From Psilocybe cubensis (Eukaryota): a stretch of 64,000 nucleotides of DNA. The notes beneath the pieces were generated by a model, which had not been told where the DNA came from, did not search any database, and was given only the letters and a program-made list of their open reading frames with translations. Shown one piece after another: positions 1 to 13,700 of the stretch (position 1 is its first letter; every line of letters starts with the position of its first letter). Both the position numbers and the translations under genes were made by a program. The stretch is from contig CM039010.1 of the NCBI GenBank assembly GCA_017499595.2, forward strand, positions 1,116,001-1,180,000, in the 5' to 3' direction.

Positions 1-659
1 CAAGTAGAGAAGAATGCCAGGAAAAAGCGGTCCATCGAACAGCCCCAGAAAAAATTGGGCAGAAAATAGGCCTCGGAAAGAAGTCAAAAATGCTTCAGCA
101 ACAACAATGACACCCCTTATCATGACAAGCATCGGAATGAGTATGTGTGATCCCACTCTTTGCAGAAGAAGATTTGCAGGCAATTGACTGAGAATATATG
201 GTCTACAGCGCCAGTGGGTTGGACTATACAATGACATAATCAACAGTCACCTGGACGCACACTAATGCAACCATAACAGCAATTTGGTATTGATGATCTG
301 TTATTTCAAGGTCTTTCTGTAAGCCCGCTACTCGTGCATTTCCTAGAAATGACATAACATGTTTGCTTTGGGCGTCATACGTGTCCATTTACCAAGATCT
401 ACTCACCAAGATTGAAGCGGTCCTTAGAATAGAACGGAAATGGGTGAAATGTCAGAAAAAGAAGCAGATAAGAGTAGATATAACAAACCAATAACGCAAA
501 TAGCTGGATTATAGTCATGACTGGGAGAATTGTTAGGTCCATCTTAAAGACTGCCCGTTTCACTTCTTTGTCGTCGAAATGTTCTAAGTCCACCTTTCCA
601 GGTTTGGAGCTTCCAGATAGCGAATTTCGCTGCTCCGGTTCACGGTTGACGTTTTCCAT
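1..659 (-). CDS. MFS transporter, DAL/anion:cation symporter (allantoate/nicotinate permease-like) family; 5' part only, runs off the window
   Basis: Spliced reading MENVNREPEQ...EVKRAVFKMDLTILPVMTIIQLFALL|DRFNL|GNARVAGLQKDLEITDHQYQIAV; the 'D-R-x-N-(I/L)-G-N-A' motif is typical of fungal DAL-family MFS; GT-AG introns. Confidence 0.85.
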
Positions 660-1950
660 CGTTGAAAATAGTAGACAGCTTTGAAGAGGGACAATATCGA
701 TAGTTCTGTGTGGGTTTTTAAACAAACTGAGGGCATTGGCAGTGACCATACCTTAACATCAAGAAACGAAGATCTGGCCCCCGCCTGACAGAGTGATGCA
801 AAACACAAAAATGTTTCAAGGCAAAAGCGGGTGTTTCCTTTCATGAAAATCACGCTATATCCTTGCTAAGGTTCTGCATTGAGGCTCGCACCCGGTTCAC
901 TAATTAAGCTTTGGATAGTGAGACTAATTGAAGCGTTAGAACAGTGAGAGAGGTCGGCCATTTCTCGGGGCATTCAAGTTGTGGTGCATTTGGAGCACCT
1001 TCACCTCCAGTGGTTCATTCAAGGTTTCAAGCTGCCAGGACTCCCTGATCGAGGCGTCGCTAGAGTGAGTACTAATGACCTTGCAATAAAAGTCGGAGAC
1101 TGACGAGTATATCTTCGTGGCACCATTGTTTCATTGAGCGACGCATCTTTACTTTTGGCCGTCAAGACTTCACATGAAGTCCAATCGTAGTGGTGGTGGC
1201 AACAGAAGACAAGCGGAAACTTCCGGACTAACAAAGCCAAAGCAAAAGTGAGGCATGGTGGCGCGTGAGCGCTTTGAGCCTCAGTGCATCATCCAATTGC
1301 TCAGTGCTCTCGTTTCGCATGATTCTGTGCAGACTTCTGCTGGCGCCCTACTCGGAATGACTTCTAATCTAGATATCTTTAGTTTTCGACGCCGAATTTC
1401 GATCAGCCCAAACGCCCGAACCTAGGGCTCCTTCGTGGCCAAGCAAGAAAAATGACCACTATGAGATTGGCAGTCCGAAACCAGCTTCACTGGCTACCTG
1501 AGAAGTTTATCATCATGCCAATTCCAACTTCTACCGTGATGCCTACCCGAACAAACAACCCATGGAAATCAGTTATCATAGATCATGTCCACTTTCTAGC
1601 AGTGTATTGTGCCATCACCTTAAATTTATGGTATCATACGATGCAAAATATGGTAAGACAACCTTGTCTTCCGAGAAAACCACATATTACATCCAAGCTG
1701 AAGATGGCCGATTGACAGGTCTATTACGACAGTAGTCGAGCAGACGCGCACTCACTCCATGAAAATTCTGTTGACATTATCATAAAAATATGCAATGAGT
1801 AACAACTCCTTCTCATTTCCAGCGAGAGCTAATTGAATGAGAATTTCTAAACTATCCACACCGTTCCAAATTTCCCATAAACTCAGCAAAAAGCTACAGT
1901 AAATTGTTTAGCTATCGTGCATGTCGAGGCTAATCATGCACACTCACATA

Positions 1951-2487
1951 TTAGGCTTGCTCAGCTGTTTGGGTGATTCGGCCGTCGTGGCATTTTTCCG
2001 GATCCTGAGGGAAACGAGCGAATTCATAGCAGACCTTATCAACGTCTGTGACAAGTTCTCCGGTCTGGAAGCGTTGCCAGTGAGTTTGATATATTACCTC
2101 GACACCACACCTCTATTGAACACTCACCAAGGAATCGTAAGAACAGAAGGTTTGCCTGTTCGAATCCGAGGCAAGAACGTAGCTAATTATTTACGAGATG
2201 AAAGTAGGCAATGGTCAACGAACAATCCACTGGATTGGATTGGTGGCTTTGGTTACTCACTAGCAGCCTATTGTGCCCTCTCCGTCAATGGTGCTTCCCT
2301 CAGTGGGAGTGTAATCAGACTCGGCCAATGCGAATGTACCGAACTCGGCGTTGTCCATGGTCTTCCAGCACTTGAAGCATGAGCCCACTTGACGAGCCTC
2401 CATCGGGATCCTGGAGGCCGACACCAATGGCGCAAAAGCGACGCTAAGGAGAGCGAAAACGGTTCCCAATTTGTAAGAAAACTTGAT
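1951..2487 (-). CDS. Small secreted cysteine-rich protein (~131 aa, 6 Cys, 3 exons); signal peptide begins at ATC, so non-AUG start or young pseudogene
   Basis: Exons 2487-2261, 2182-2128, 2064-1951 with GTGAGT donors and AG acceptors splice in frame: IKFSYKLGTVFALLSVAFAPLVSA-SRIPMEARQVGSCFKC...IGCYYVLASDSNRQTFCSYDSLTGELVTDVDKVCYEFARFPQDPEKCHDGRITQTAEQA*; TATAAAAG on the minus strand near 2557-2565. Confidence 0.65.
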
Positions 2488-3068
2488 AGCTGGTCGACGC
2501 TGAGCTCAGGTACTGTAGTTGGCAGAGGGCTGAGTTGCAGCAGTTGAAAATTTTTGTCTTTTATACGTATCTCATGCCTCGGTAACGGAAAGCGGGTCTA
2601 GCGTTCCACTAATCGTGTACCGCTCTTCTAGCGCGAACCGTAAGCCTGTCCCTATTTCAGATCCGAATAGCGAAGTTTGTGTTGGTGGGCTAAGTAACCA
2701 ATGACATCATTATACGAAGCGAAGAATAGTTCAATGCTGTAAAAAGAAGACTATGAAGGAAACCAGAAAACCAGTTTTAACCATTGAACAAAGGTAAGCC
2801 CGACTTGAGCCCGATCCGAGAGTTTATTACGAAAGTAGTCGGGGCGCTCTCCCTAGAAGCAGATTTCTGTCAGTAATTTCGGCCAACTATCGAGGGAAAC
2901 AACCAATCAAAGGATGACAGAGAAAAAAATGTAATCTTCTCATAGACAAATCAGCGGAAGCCAACCAGCATACAGATCTTGCTCTTGCTCGCAGGGTTCA
3001 TTGATTAACCATTTACAACGGTATAGTATTACCGTGACTATACAGATTTCAGTTTGAGTTCATATTTT

Positions 3069-5253
3069 TTACAATGGACCGCGTTCCTTTTCATCTTCCT
3101 TAAAAGTAGCCTGAACCTGATGACGAGAACAGAATGTGAGTGGCCAGCAATTTCAAGACCAACCCAGTGCAAAGGATCACACATACCTTGGAAAAGAAGT
3201 CGTCATCGATCAAGACGCGGACGCCAGTCGCCGCCAGAGCCTTGGAAACATCAAGACATGCATTATGAGCTTCGATGGTGGCGGCAGATTTGGTAAAGCC
3301 AGGTGTGTGATTTCCACCGTCTACGATGGTGGGGATTGCTAAGAGAGCCATGAGGACATGCATCTGTTAGTTAAGTAACGGAACGACTGACCAAAACCTG
3401 GATGGAGAGCGGGGAGTGCTGCAAATTGTGGTCAAGCTAATGAGATACTGAGAAAACTGAGCATCATTGAATACAAACCATAGGTTACATTTCCCTAACA
3501 TTAGATCAGGATGTTGAGAATTTTATTTGAAAAAAAAAGATGAACTATAACTCACAAAGTCTGTCGAAGCACTTTTGATACCCCATTCGTAGTCAATGGC
3601 ACCATACTTGTTCAGAACAATATTCGCAACCTCTCCACCTGGATACAAGTTATCAAGTTAAAGGCCTAAAGGCTTGAAAGGATAGCCTACCCAAGGCAGC
3701 ATTTTGTCGGAGGTCGAACGTTGACCCTTCCTGGAGCGTAACAGTAACTTCGCACCCAGTGGCGAGTGCAGCAGCACTATGCACAGGTAAGCTCCTTTCT
3801 GCGTAAATGCACGATTTTTTCAACGTACTGGAAACAAGGTGTGACTCGTTTGACTGTCGCTTGCATTTCGGCGCGAGTGGGAGCGCGTACGTAGCAGCTG
3901 TAGTTCAGTCAAAAATGGACCTACAAAAGGCTAAAGATAGGTAAATACATGAATTTGGCATAGTCGGGGATGACTGGATATATAGAGTAAGGAAATGAGT
4001 GCCAGAATAGATGATTGATCAACGAGACTCACTGTTAGGCGCCCAATCTTTGCCCTCGAATATACCATGAACACGGTGTGTTGGTCTGAGTTGCTGGCGG
4101 AGGGCAGAGATGTTGTTGTAGCCTAATACCGCAGCGTCCAGAGCATTCTTTCCTTCCCAAGGGGATAACGCTGCGTGTGCTCTATATAAAAATGTCAAAC
4201 TCCAAGCACTCAGAAACCGGAATATCGCATACGTGTGTCCCTTGTATTCTACGGTGATCCTTTGCAGAGCCAAACAACTTGTGAGACTGACGGATCCTAC
4301 AGGCCCCGGAGCAGGGTGACACCTGAAAATGGTCGTATATCAGACTATCCTGTTGAGACGTAAGGTTGACGGCATACATTAAACACGCATCCATGCCTTC
4401 ATATGCGCCCTTTTCCAAAAGAACAACCTTCCCTGATCCACCCTCTTCCGCTACAGCACAGATTCAGTATAAAGACAGCCAAGTTGATTTACGATGTACG
4501 TACCTGGTGTGCCTAATAGAACCACTTTACCAGATAGATCGTGTTTCTCCAGAGCAGCTTTGATTGCACATGCCACAGCGACTCCTAGTGGGCCAGATAA
4601 GCATTTTTCAAAAACCAGTCCCAACGCATTCTCACAACTCGCCTGACATGCCGATCAAATTGTGTCCACAAGCATGTCCAATGCCTTTGAGAGCGTCCAT
4701 CTAACGTAGCACCGCGTCAAAAAAGGGGGACGAGAAATTATATGGTGGATTTAAACACATGCACACCTCAGAGTTCACCCCGATGACTCTGCCCCCTGTT
4801 CCATGGGAAAATGTCGCCTTCCAGGCTGTTGGGAGGTGGAACTGTTTCGTCACTTCGAACCCATGTTTCTCCATGAACGCCGTGTACACATCGTGTGCAT
4901 GGCTGGTTGAAAGTGTTGCGTCAGTAGAAGAGCACAAGGTGAAGGTGATACCCATAGCGTACTATTCCTCGTATCCAAGCTCGGGGTGGGCTTCAATGAA
5001 TCAAGTTTTTATCAGTATTACAGTGTGAGGTGAAGAGTGAAGAGGCTGACATACCGTGAATATCCAGGCTCAGCTCTCGAAGCTCTTTGTCCATCTCTGC
5101 GATCTTCGCTTCGATCGTTTCTAATATGTCGGGGCGATAGATGGGACTCGAATTCGGCCTGACAGGAGCACCTTTCGTATTATCGTCGGGATGCCATACT
5201 CTCCCACTGGATTTCGGGGGCGCAGAGTCCGAGTCAGAATGGTGTTGGCACAT
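3069..5253 (-). CDS. M20-family amidohydrolase/peptidase (PM20D2/ACY1L2-like), multi-exon
   Basis: Motifs 'LSLDIH.HPELG', 'EMDAL.GIGHACGHNLI', 'GTPAEEGG.GK', 'AHAALSPWEGKNALDAAV', 'ASTDFGNV', 'GGNHT.GF'. Confidence 0.9.
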
Positions 5254-5559
5254 CGCAGACGCAGTGTATGTACAGTCGACGAGAATTTCAAATAACGAGC
5301 GAGAAGAAGAGTTTATAGGTTCACTTGTAAGCGAATCTCAGTGTGAATTCACAATGGGAATCGGGATATGACAACATACTTTTATAGATAACAACGATAT
5401 CTGACCTCCTGCGGGTCTTCTGACCAATAACTGCACTAGAATAAGTCATTCAAGAGTCAAGTGAGCTTGGTAGCCAGACGTGTGAAAGACGCGTAGATGA
5501 TGATCGCCGTGCAATGCCAGTGCGTCACTTGACTTGCAACGACATCACCAGCACTGATA

Positions 5560-8500
5560 ATGGCCAGCGAAAGCGATCTCAAAGCCTTTATCTCCCAACA
5601 ACGCGTCCTGCTCTCCAAAGAACGCGATGCAGAGATCGAACGAAGCTCACTGCTATTATCGAATTGCGGACCCAAGCTCCTCGAGCAAAAGGGACTGGCG
5701 CTAGGAGGACTCGGGATAGTCGGGATGAACATCGGGCTGGGAGGCAAAACGTGCGTTTACAATTTTCTCGTTTCTCTTGTTCTCTCTCGTTCGACGTTCT
5801 TGCTGGTCGTTTTTGTGTTGGTGTGTTTCGGATGTGTTGACGTTCTTCGAAGGAAGGCTAGTGGAACTTGAACGACCGACCGCGTACCACACCAGTCCTC
5901 TGTTCCCTCCACATACGTTCAGGTAAGCCAATACGTTCTTTTACTAGTACGGAGGATGGTTTCTGATATGCTCTTCGACGAGAAGGCCCGGGGATCTCGC
6001 ACGTATTGAAGCCAACGTAACTGCAAACGCGTCGGCCAAGAAACCAAAGGCCTCTACCACAGACGTCAAAGGATCTCAAGCCGAAGGAGTGGTCTACAAG
6101 GTACGGCGGTGCAGCGCTCTCGCGTTATCCTTTTCAGACACTGATGGATACCGCGTAAGGTGTCTGATACCCGTATCGTGATTGCAGTAGACTCTACAGA
6201 GGGCAGCTCTGAAGACCTCGACCTACCTGAACGATGCCGAGTTTTGAAATTAGCCAACAGTGTTACCTACGACAGGTGATTCACCACGCACCAACCATTA
6301 CGAACGCTAGGAAAACTGACCAATGGCGTCGTATAGGATGGACAAGGCAATCAATCAGCTGGAAAAGATACTCTTTCCCTCAGTCAGTTGCGTTTCGACA
6401 GACGGGTATATGATCGACCCACTTAATCTATCTAGGGAGAGGGCAAACCTGCCGGGGAATTGACCAGCATGATACAAGTCCTTCTCGGAATGAAAGCTCC
6501 ATCCAAGGAGCCTCTGGGTCCCATCCAGTTTTACGATGAAAGCTTGAACGACAGCCAGAAAACGGCAGTCAGGTTCTGCTTGGAATCACCAGAAGTCGCT
6601 TGTATCCACGGGCCTCCAGGTACACTATCTCATCGTTTATGCTAACTAGCGTTGGCTTAACATATTTACGATATACAGGCACAGGGAAGACACATACACT
6701 CATCGAAGTAATCCGACAACTAACGGCTCAAACACCCGTCAACCCAAAACCAAAACGTGTCCTCGTATGCGGCGCCTCCAATCTCTCGGTAGACAACATC
6801 CTAGAACGACTGTTGGCACTACCAATCACAGACAAATCTCAAAAACTCAAAGTAACAAGGATCGGCCACCCAGCACGCGTAATGGCCCACGAAGGCGTTC
6901 TAGAATCCACTCTGGAAGTGAAAGCTACTCGGACCGATCAAGTACGTCTGTTTCCTGGTTTGAAAGCTCAACATATCCCATTAGATTGACCTTGACTCCA
7001 GGCTGCACTTGCAAGGGATGTCAAAGATGAATTAGAAACTACGTTAGGGATATTATCCGGGAAAGGTAAAGGGGTAAAAGGCAAGGGTCCCCGAGGCGCA
7101 GAGCGCAAAAAGCTATGGGAAGAAGTCAAAGCTCTTCGAAAAGAGTAAGATCTCTCCGTGGATTTGATCTATTCTCCCTTTTTTTCATCTCCTTTAACAG
7201 GTATCGACAACGCGAAGGAGGGGTTGTAAAGACCGTTCTCAAAGAGTCACAGGTAAATTGCAAATCAAATATCCGCTTCTTCAACGAGACTGTTTACATA
7301 CGCGTTGCAATTTCTAGGTGGTACTAGCAACGTGCCACTCAGCTGGAGGCAGGCAGCTCAACAACGAGGAGTTTGACGTTGTCATCATCGACGAGGCGAC
7401 ACAGGCAATCGAAGCCGTACGTCATGAGCCGTATAGTAATTTACTACATGGTACCTAACTGCAAGTTTTTTTTAGGTTTGCTGGATTCCAATTTTCAAAG
7501 CTAAGAAATTGATTCTGGCGGGTGATCCGATGCAGCTACCGCCTACTGTTCTGTCTCTCGACAATGAGAAAAAGAAGAAGAAAACGGTTGCGAAAGTTCT
7601 TCCTTCGAAAGCTGCAAAAAAGGATGTCAAGGCGAAAGGCACCGGCACCAAAGTAGCCAAAGGACCTCCTGCCGCAGACGATAACGTCTCCGACGCCGGC
7701 TCCTCAACAAGCAGTGAATCAGATGAACAAATTGCAAAAGCCGTGGCTTCTGTCTCATTGAAGAATAAAGGGTCCTTCAAGCTAGTCCCTCCACAAAGCC
7801 TCGAGACAACCTTGTTTGATCGACTAGAAGCAATGTACGGTGCTGGAATCAAGCGCATGCTGGAGGTGCAGTATCGGCAAGTGTTCTTATTAACGTTCAA
7901 TATCTCTCCGCTAATTGCGGTACTCTTCCTTCTAGCATGCACGAACAAATCTGCGACTTCCCATCTAAAACCCTATACGGAGCGAAACTCAAGTCGCATT
8001 CATCAGTCGCATCCCACCTGCTGCGCGATTTGCCCAACACGGAGGCTAAATCCGACGAAGACGCTAAAGAGTTTCTTGAGAGCCCTGTAGTGTTCTTTGA
8101 CACGGCTGGGTGTGAGTACTTTGAGCGGTTGGACGGCGATGGAGATGAGGGAAGCCGGTGCAACGAGAATGAGGGCACGATCGTTGCCAATTGGGTACAG
8201 AACCTTGTGCGTGTCCGTATACTATTCGTTTGGGGCTTTTTCTAAATGCTTTTGTTTCAAGGTGGACGTTGGACTGCTGCCGAGTCAAATTGCTGTTATC
8301 ACTCCGTACGTGGATTAGTCACAAATGGGTCAATAGAAGCACAGCGCTGACCGCAGAAATTATAATAAAAAAAACCAGATATCAGGCGCAAGTTACACTC
8401 CTAACATCCCTTCTGCGACCCAAATACGGACCTACACTGGAGATAGGCAGCGTTGACGGCATGCAGGGACGAGAGAAGGAGGCTGTTATCATTTCGCTAG

Positions 8501-8900
8501 TGAGAAGCAACGATACGGTGGGCATTCTTTTTCTTTCATTTCATAGCCAACTCTATTGCTCATGGATATATGCTAACGGTGACGACTCGCGCAGAGGGAG
8601 GTTGGATTCTTGAAGGAAAAACGGAGGTTGAATGGTAAGATATTGCTTGCATATCCTCATATCACCAAAATTATTTTATTTAAATTGGTTTACTTAGTTG
8701 CGATGACACGGGCAAAGCGTCACCTTGTAAGACATCCTTCCTACACTTCTACTCTAGATCTGGGATATCAGTCTTACGCATAGATAACACAGTGCATAGT
8801 TGGCGATTCGTCGACGGTTATACATGGTGGCAGCTACCTGAAAAAGTGGTTGGCGTGGTTAGAAGCTAATGCGGATGTGAAATACGCAGGACTGGAATAG
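5560..8900 (+). CDS. HCS1: UPF1-like SF1 DNA/RNA helicase, HCS1/SMUBP-2 (IGHMBP2) type
   Basis: 'LNDSQKTAV', Walker A 'IHGPPG|TGKT', 'GASNLSVDNILERL', 'DVVIIDEATQA', 'LAGDPMQLPP', 'QYRM', 'GSVDGMQGREKEAVIISLVRSN', 'VAMTRAKRHL'. Confidence 0.92.
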
Positions 8901-9508
8901 TTATAATCAAGATACAAAGGATCAAATTCAAATACAGATGTGTATATGTTGATGTACGGTGAGTGTTTTGAGACTGTGCGTCACACGGTCTTTCTCACTT
9001 TCTCACGCTAACTTCAACAAATTTTAGTTAGGGTAGGTGAGGTTGTTCATCTTAGGGTAGTCACACAATGGGTATGGTTTTCTCTCTTTATTTCCAGAGT
9101 AGGTAGAGTTGTATAAGGATATGTTCAGGTCAAACTGTATGCAAATGTCAACAATATTTACTCTGTTCTGTATGGACTTCAATAGTGCAAATCCCTCAAC
9201 AAAACAACAAAATATGCAATGTCAACAATCAATCAAACTTTCAATGACACTCAATCTATCGGGACCTCAATTGGTGATTTCACTTATTATTCAAATGACT
9301 TATGCGCTCGGAAACTATGTTTGACTGGTTTATTACTTTGACAAATGGGCTATGCCCGAAACTTCCTCCTGTTCACAAAATGGGGGTTGCTTGCTTCTAC
9401 GGTTACTTTCTTCTGGTTTATTTTGTCTATTATTCTCCCTGCTCGGGGGCGGGATCCAAAGGGGTGGGTTCTGGCTGTTTAGTTTAGCCCAGGATGTTTT
9501 AATTAACT

Positions 9509-10196
9509 AGGACCCGGGAAGCTCCCGTACAGGCATGTCTGGATTTTTGCGGATTTGAGGCCAAAAAATGGCAATTTCTTTGTCCAGTTCTCACGGATTT
9601 GAGGGCGCCGCAGGCAAAATTTTGGCCAGACAAAGTCCGGTTTGGCGGATTTGAGGCCCATATTTTAAAAAAACTTCTGTAGTAATTGTTCAAAGGCAGC
9701 ATGCCACAGTCATTTTTTCCCAGATGCAGCTAATTGTTGGCCAAATTTGGGGCCGGAATCCCGCTTAGATTGCAATGATTGGCCAGTGTCTATTATCTAA
9801 GAGCGATAGATGATGGAAATCAACGGAAACGCACAGTAGTAAATTAAAGCAAGGTTACATTTCCTATATACAGCATATTGGTGAAACTTGAAGACATCTT
9901 TTCTCTGCTACCCTGACATATTTCTTCACTATCCTGATAACTAGTAATGGAGGTTCCACCTCCTCAAAATCCTTCCCCTCGAGGCCTGTAACACCTAAAT
10001 ATCTACTCCATATGTTTCTTTTGCAATCAATTAATGACTTGTTGAACCGTCGAGTGGTTTTGCAAGCTCGTCCCGCAGGGCTGAAAAAAATTCCTAATCG
10101 GGAAAGCCCCTATCGGGCATTGTCTGGTTTCGCGGATTTGAGGGCAAAAATTGGGATCCCAGGCGGACATGCTTATAGGGGAGCTTCCCGGGTCCT
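9509..10196. mobile_element. Non-autonomous TIR DNA transposon (MITE, ~690 bp, hAT-like)
   Basis: Imperfect ~30-bp TIRs AGGACCCGGGAAGCTCCC-TA-A-GCATGTC at both ends; identical flanking 8-mer AATTAACT (9501-9508 and 10197-10204); internal CGGATTTGAGG x4; no transposase ORF. Confidence 0.8.
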
Positions 10197-10760
10197 AATT
10201 AACTCGATATTGAATTTCACGCGGTTATGCTTACGGCCAGTGGTCTTATTCTCGTGTCACTGATACAGTGACACCTACGAGGTGTGTACGCCCCATTTTG
10301 GAGGTACGTAGCACCCCGCGTTGTTCGCTGCGTCTCGTTTGAGGGGCGGCGCGAGTGTTGTTGCGCCCGTATTTGGCCCTTATTTGGTGGCGTGCCGTGC
10401 GTGCCAGGTCGCTGGCCGTTGTCGGCCGAGGCTTGGCCCGCGTGATCGCATCAACGTTGTTATTTTTAGCGCCCGTTCCGTGGTCTGTGTTGATTCCACA
10501 ATGTGTTAGGTTGTCGAATTTTAAAGTTGTAGTTTGTATTTACACCGCGCAATAATATAAAAGTATAAAGCGAATCAGAAGTATGTTATGAGACAGTCAT
10601 AGTACAGTACAGATTCTCCGTTAAATAAAAATACATCCTAGGTGGGTATGTCATGTACAACTTGCAAACAGACGAAAGCGAAAGCGAAAACATAAACCGA
10701 AAACGAAAACGAAAGTGAAAAGAAAAAAGAAAAAAAAAAGTCCGAACAATTCCATGGCCA

Positions 10761-13700
10761 TCAATACTCCTCAAAATCCCCATCGGAAAGCGAGGCGTAC
10801 TCGGACACGGACTGGTCGTCCTCATACTCCCTCACAACGTCGCGCATCGCATAGCGCATGATCGGGGTCAAAGGCAACAGTTTGGGGCCGACGACCTCCA
10901 TCACCTCTTCAAACACATCGTGCTGCATCATATCCTCCTCCTCCTCCTCCTCCTCCTCTTCATCTTCTTCCACCTGTTCGCCATGGTCCTCACCCTGCAC
11001 GGCGTCCTCTTCCACGTCCACGCCTACGCCTACGCCCGCGTGCTCCTCGCCATGCTCGGCGGGCTCGATATCGTCGATCGGGGGCGGCGGGCCGAGAAGG
11101 TCGAGTGGGACTGGTGTCCCGCTGGAGCTTCCGGCGACAGCTCGGCCACCTGCTGTATGCTGTGAGCCCAGCGCGCTATCTCTAACAGCCTGCGCAGGCG
11201 TCATTCCCACACCCACGCCCACGCCCACACCTACACCCGCGTGTATCCCTACACCCACACCGGCGCCCACCCCCGCGCCTGTCGCAGCGGTCCCCTCCCT
11301 CGTGACCGTCTCCGTCCACCGCAAATCCAACACGCGGGCTCTAACCATCCCATCTACCGCGCGCACGCCGAGCTCCCTGCATAGATGGAAGTACGGCAGG
11401 TACTGCGTGTCCGCGCGCGCGAGGCGGCTCATCACTTTCAACAGCTCCATCGCCGTGAACTCGGGTGCCAGCCCGCCCCCGCCTATCCCTACCCCCGCTC
11501 CCAGACCTCCGAGACCTCCAAGTCCACCGCCATAACCATAACCACCACCGAAACCGAACCCGCCGCCTAGCGCGAACGGGTAAGCAGACGCCGATAACCC
11601 GTACCCAGCCCCGAACGCAGCGAGATCTCCACCGAGAAAGAAGGGCCCGTTCATCATCGACGCCGCGCCTGCGCCCATACCGTGGTGTGTCAGCGGCGAG
11701 TAGATCTTGAATCCCGCCGGGCCGAGCGCGGGATGCAGCGTGTCGATTGTGCTGGCGTTCGCTCCTACCGATGCAGCGCCGCCCGCGCCGCGCGCGGCGC
11801 TGGAGGATGCGTCGCCTGCTTCGGTTGGCGGGCCACCGCCTGATCTGGATGCCTGTGACGAGTGGATGATGTGTAGATTTAGGAGCGCGTGTGCTTGGAG
11901 GAAGTGTGAGCTCTGTTTGACTGTTTTGTTTTTAAAGTTAATATTGTTCTTTTAGATAAAAATGAAACGTGTGATTTTCGACTTACTATCCAACGTCCCA
12001 TTCGAATTAACTACCCAAATCGAAAAAAAATATCCAAAATCAGCTCAGCAACAACAACAACAACAACAATTAGCAACAAAAAAAGGAGGGGAACACACAC
12101 CATAATCCGTAATATAATCATCCCAATGCGCCAACTTTCCCCCAAACGCATCAAACAACACCTCAAACACCAGGCCCGCGCGCATGCGCTCCGGCACACG
12201 CGGGATAACGCGCTCGTGGAAGAACCGGCGCGTTTCCGCTTTGGAGCAGTCGCCTATCGTTATGATCTGCCGGTCCATCAAAAAAAATAAAAGTCAAAGT
12301 TAAAGTCAAAGAAAAAGAAGAAGAGGAAGAAGAAGAAGAAAAAGAAAAAGAAACAAAAAAAAAAAGTCAGCGTCAGCGTCTCAAGATGAGATTATCATGC
12401 ACACGAGAGAAAAAGACACAAAAAAACTGACTTTACAATGCTGCATCACATTAAACTGCCTCAACCACGCCTGATAAAACGGGTCGCTCGTCGCGTGGAT
12501 AACGTGGCACAGCCGGTCCTGCTTCGTCAGCACGAGCATAGAGTCGAGCAGGCATTTCAGTGTTTCGGGGGATTGGATTAGCGCGGGGCTGGATGTGAGT
12601 TGTGGTTTTTTTTTTTTTTTTTTTTTTGGGGGGGGGCGGTGTTTTGGTGATTGGCATTGATTTTGGTGTTTGGTGTTTCAGCGATGGATAAATTAACATT
12701 TAGCGTCTTCGTCATGAAAAAAAAAAAAGGAAAAAAAGAGGCAAAACGTACAGTTTATGCGCTTCGTCAAAGAAGATGACCTATTCATCGAATTCATCAA
12801 TTCAGAAAAAAAAAAACCAACAAAATGAAAAGAAAAACGTACCGGCATCCTTTTAACAAACTTGCCCCTGCCCCTCGCCCTCCCTCTCCCTCTCCCCCTG
12901 CCCTCCTCCTTCGCATTCGCCTTCCCTCTACCCTCCTCTTTCCCCCTCTCATTTACCTTTTCCCTCTCCCTCCCCTTCCCCTTCTCATTCACATTTCCAT
13001 CCCTATACCCATCGTTCTTGGAACTCTTCCGAGCGCCCCAATGCATAAATCCCCACCTCGATTTCGTCTTCGTCTTAGCCTTACCCTTCTCATTATCTTC
13101 GTTCCCGGAATTCACGCTGTTCCGATCCATATCGGCGTTGACGTTGACATGTGTCCTGTTCGAGTCGCCCGAAGCTGACGCTGAGGCTTGTCTTCTGTTC
13201 GTATTCGCATTCGCATGCGGGTTGCTTGCAGTGCCAGTGCCAGTACCAGAGCGGCTGTGGTTATTGTTATTATTACGACCCCGTCCCTGTCCCTGTTTCG
13301 GCGCTTTACCGCCCTGGCCCTGGCCCTCGTCATCGAAGTCGGTGTCGAAGTCGGAGTCGGAGTCGGAGTCGGAGTCGGTGTCAAAGTCGGAGTCAGGTTG
13401 GAACGCCCAGTACCTCACCAGTGCGCTCTACCAGTATCAATATCAATATCAATATAAATATCAGTATAGATGTCAATAAAACACGCAGCGCAGCGCAAAT
13501 CAAAAAAAAAAGAAAAAAAATCAAAGGGATATAACGTCATTTTTTTCAAAACAACCCCCAAAAACACCCCAAAAAATAAAAAGGAATGAGCATGGATATC
13601 ACATCTTCAACTCCAAAAAAAAACAATACACGAATTAATGGATTAGTGGATTAGTACGTACCCGGAAAAGCTCCATAAGCCTCGCGACGTCGCTCGTCGT

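Noticed and set aside
1921-2382. 153-aa + strand ORF
   Set aside because: Antisense to the spliced secreted-protein gene, which has better support (splice sites, signal peptide, Cys pattern)
9025-9062. TTAGGG-like motifs
   Set aside because: Only two dispersed copies; not a telomeric or interstitial telomeric array
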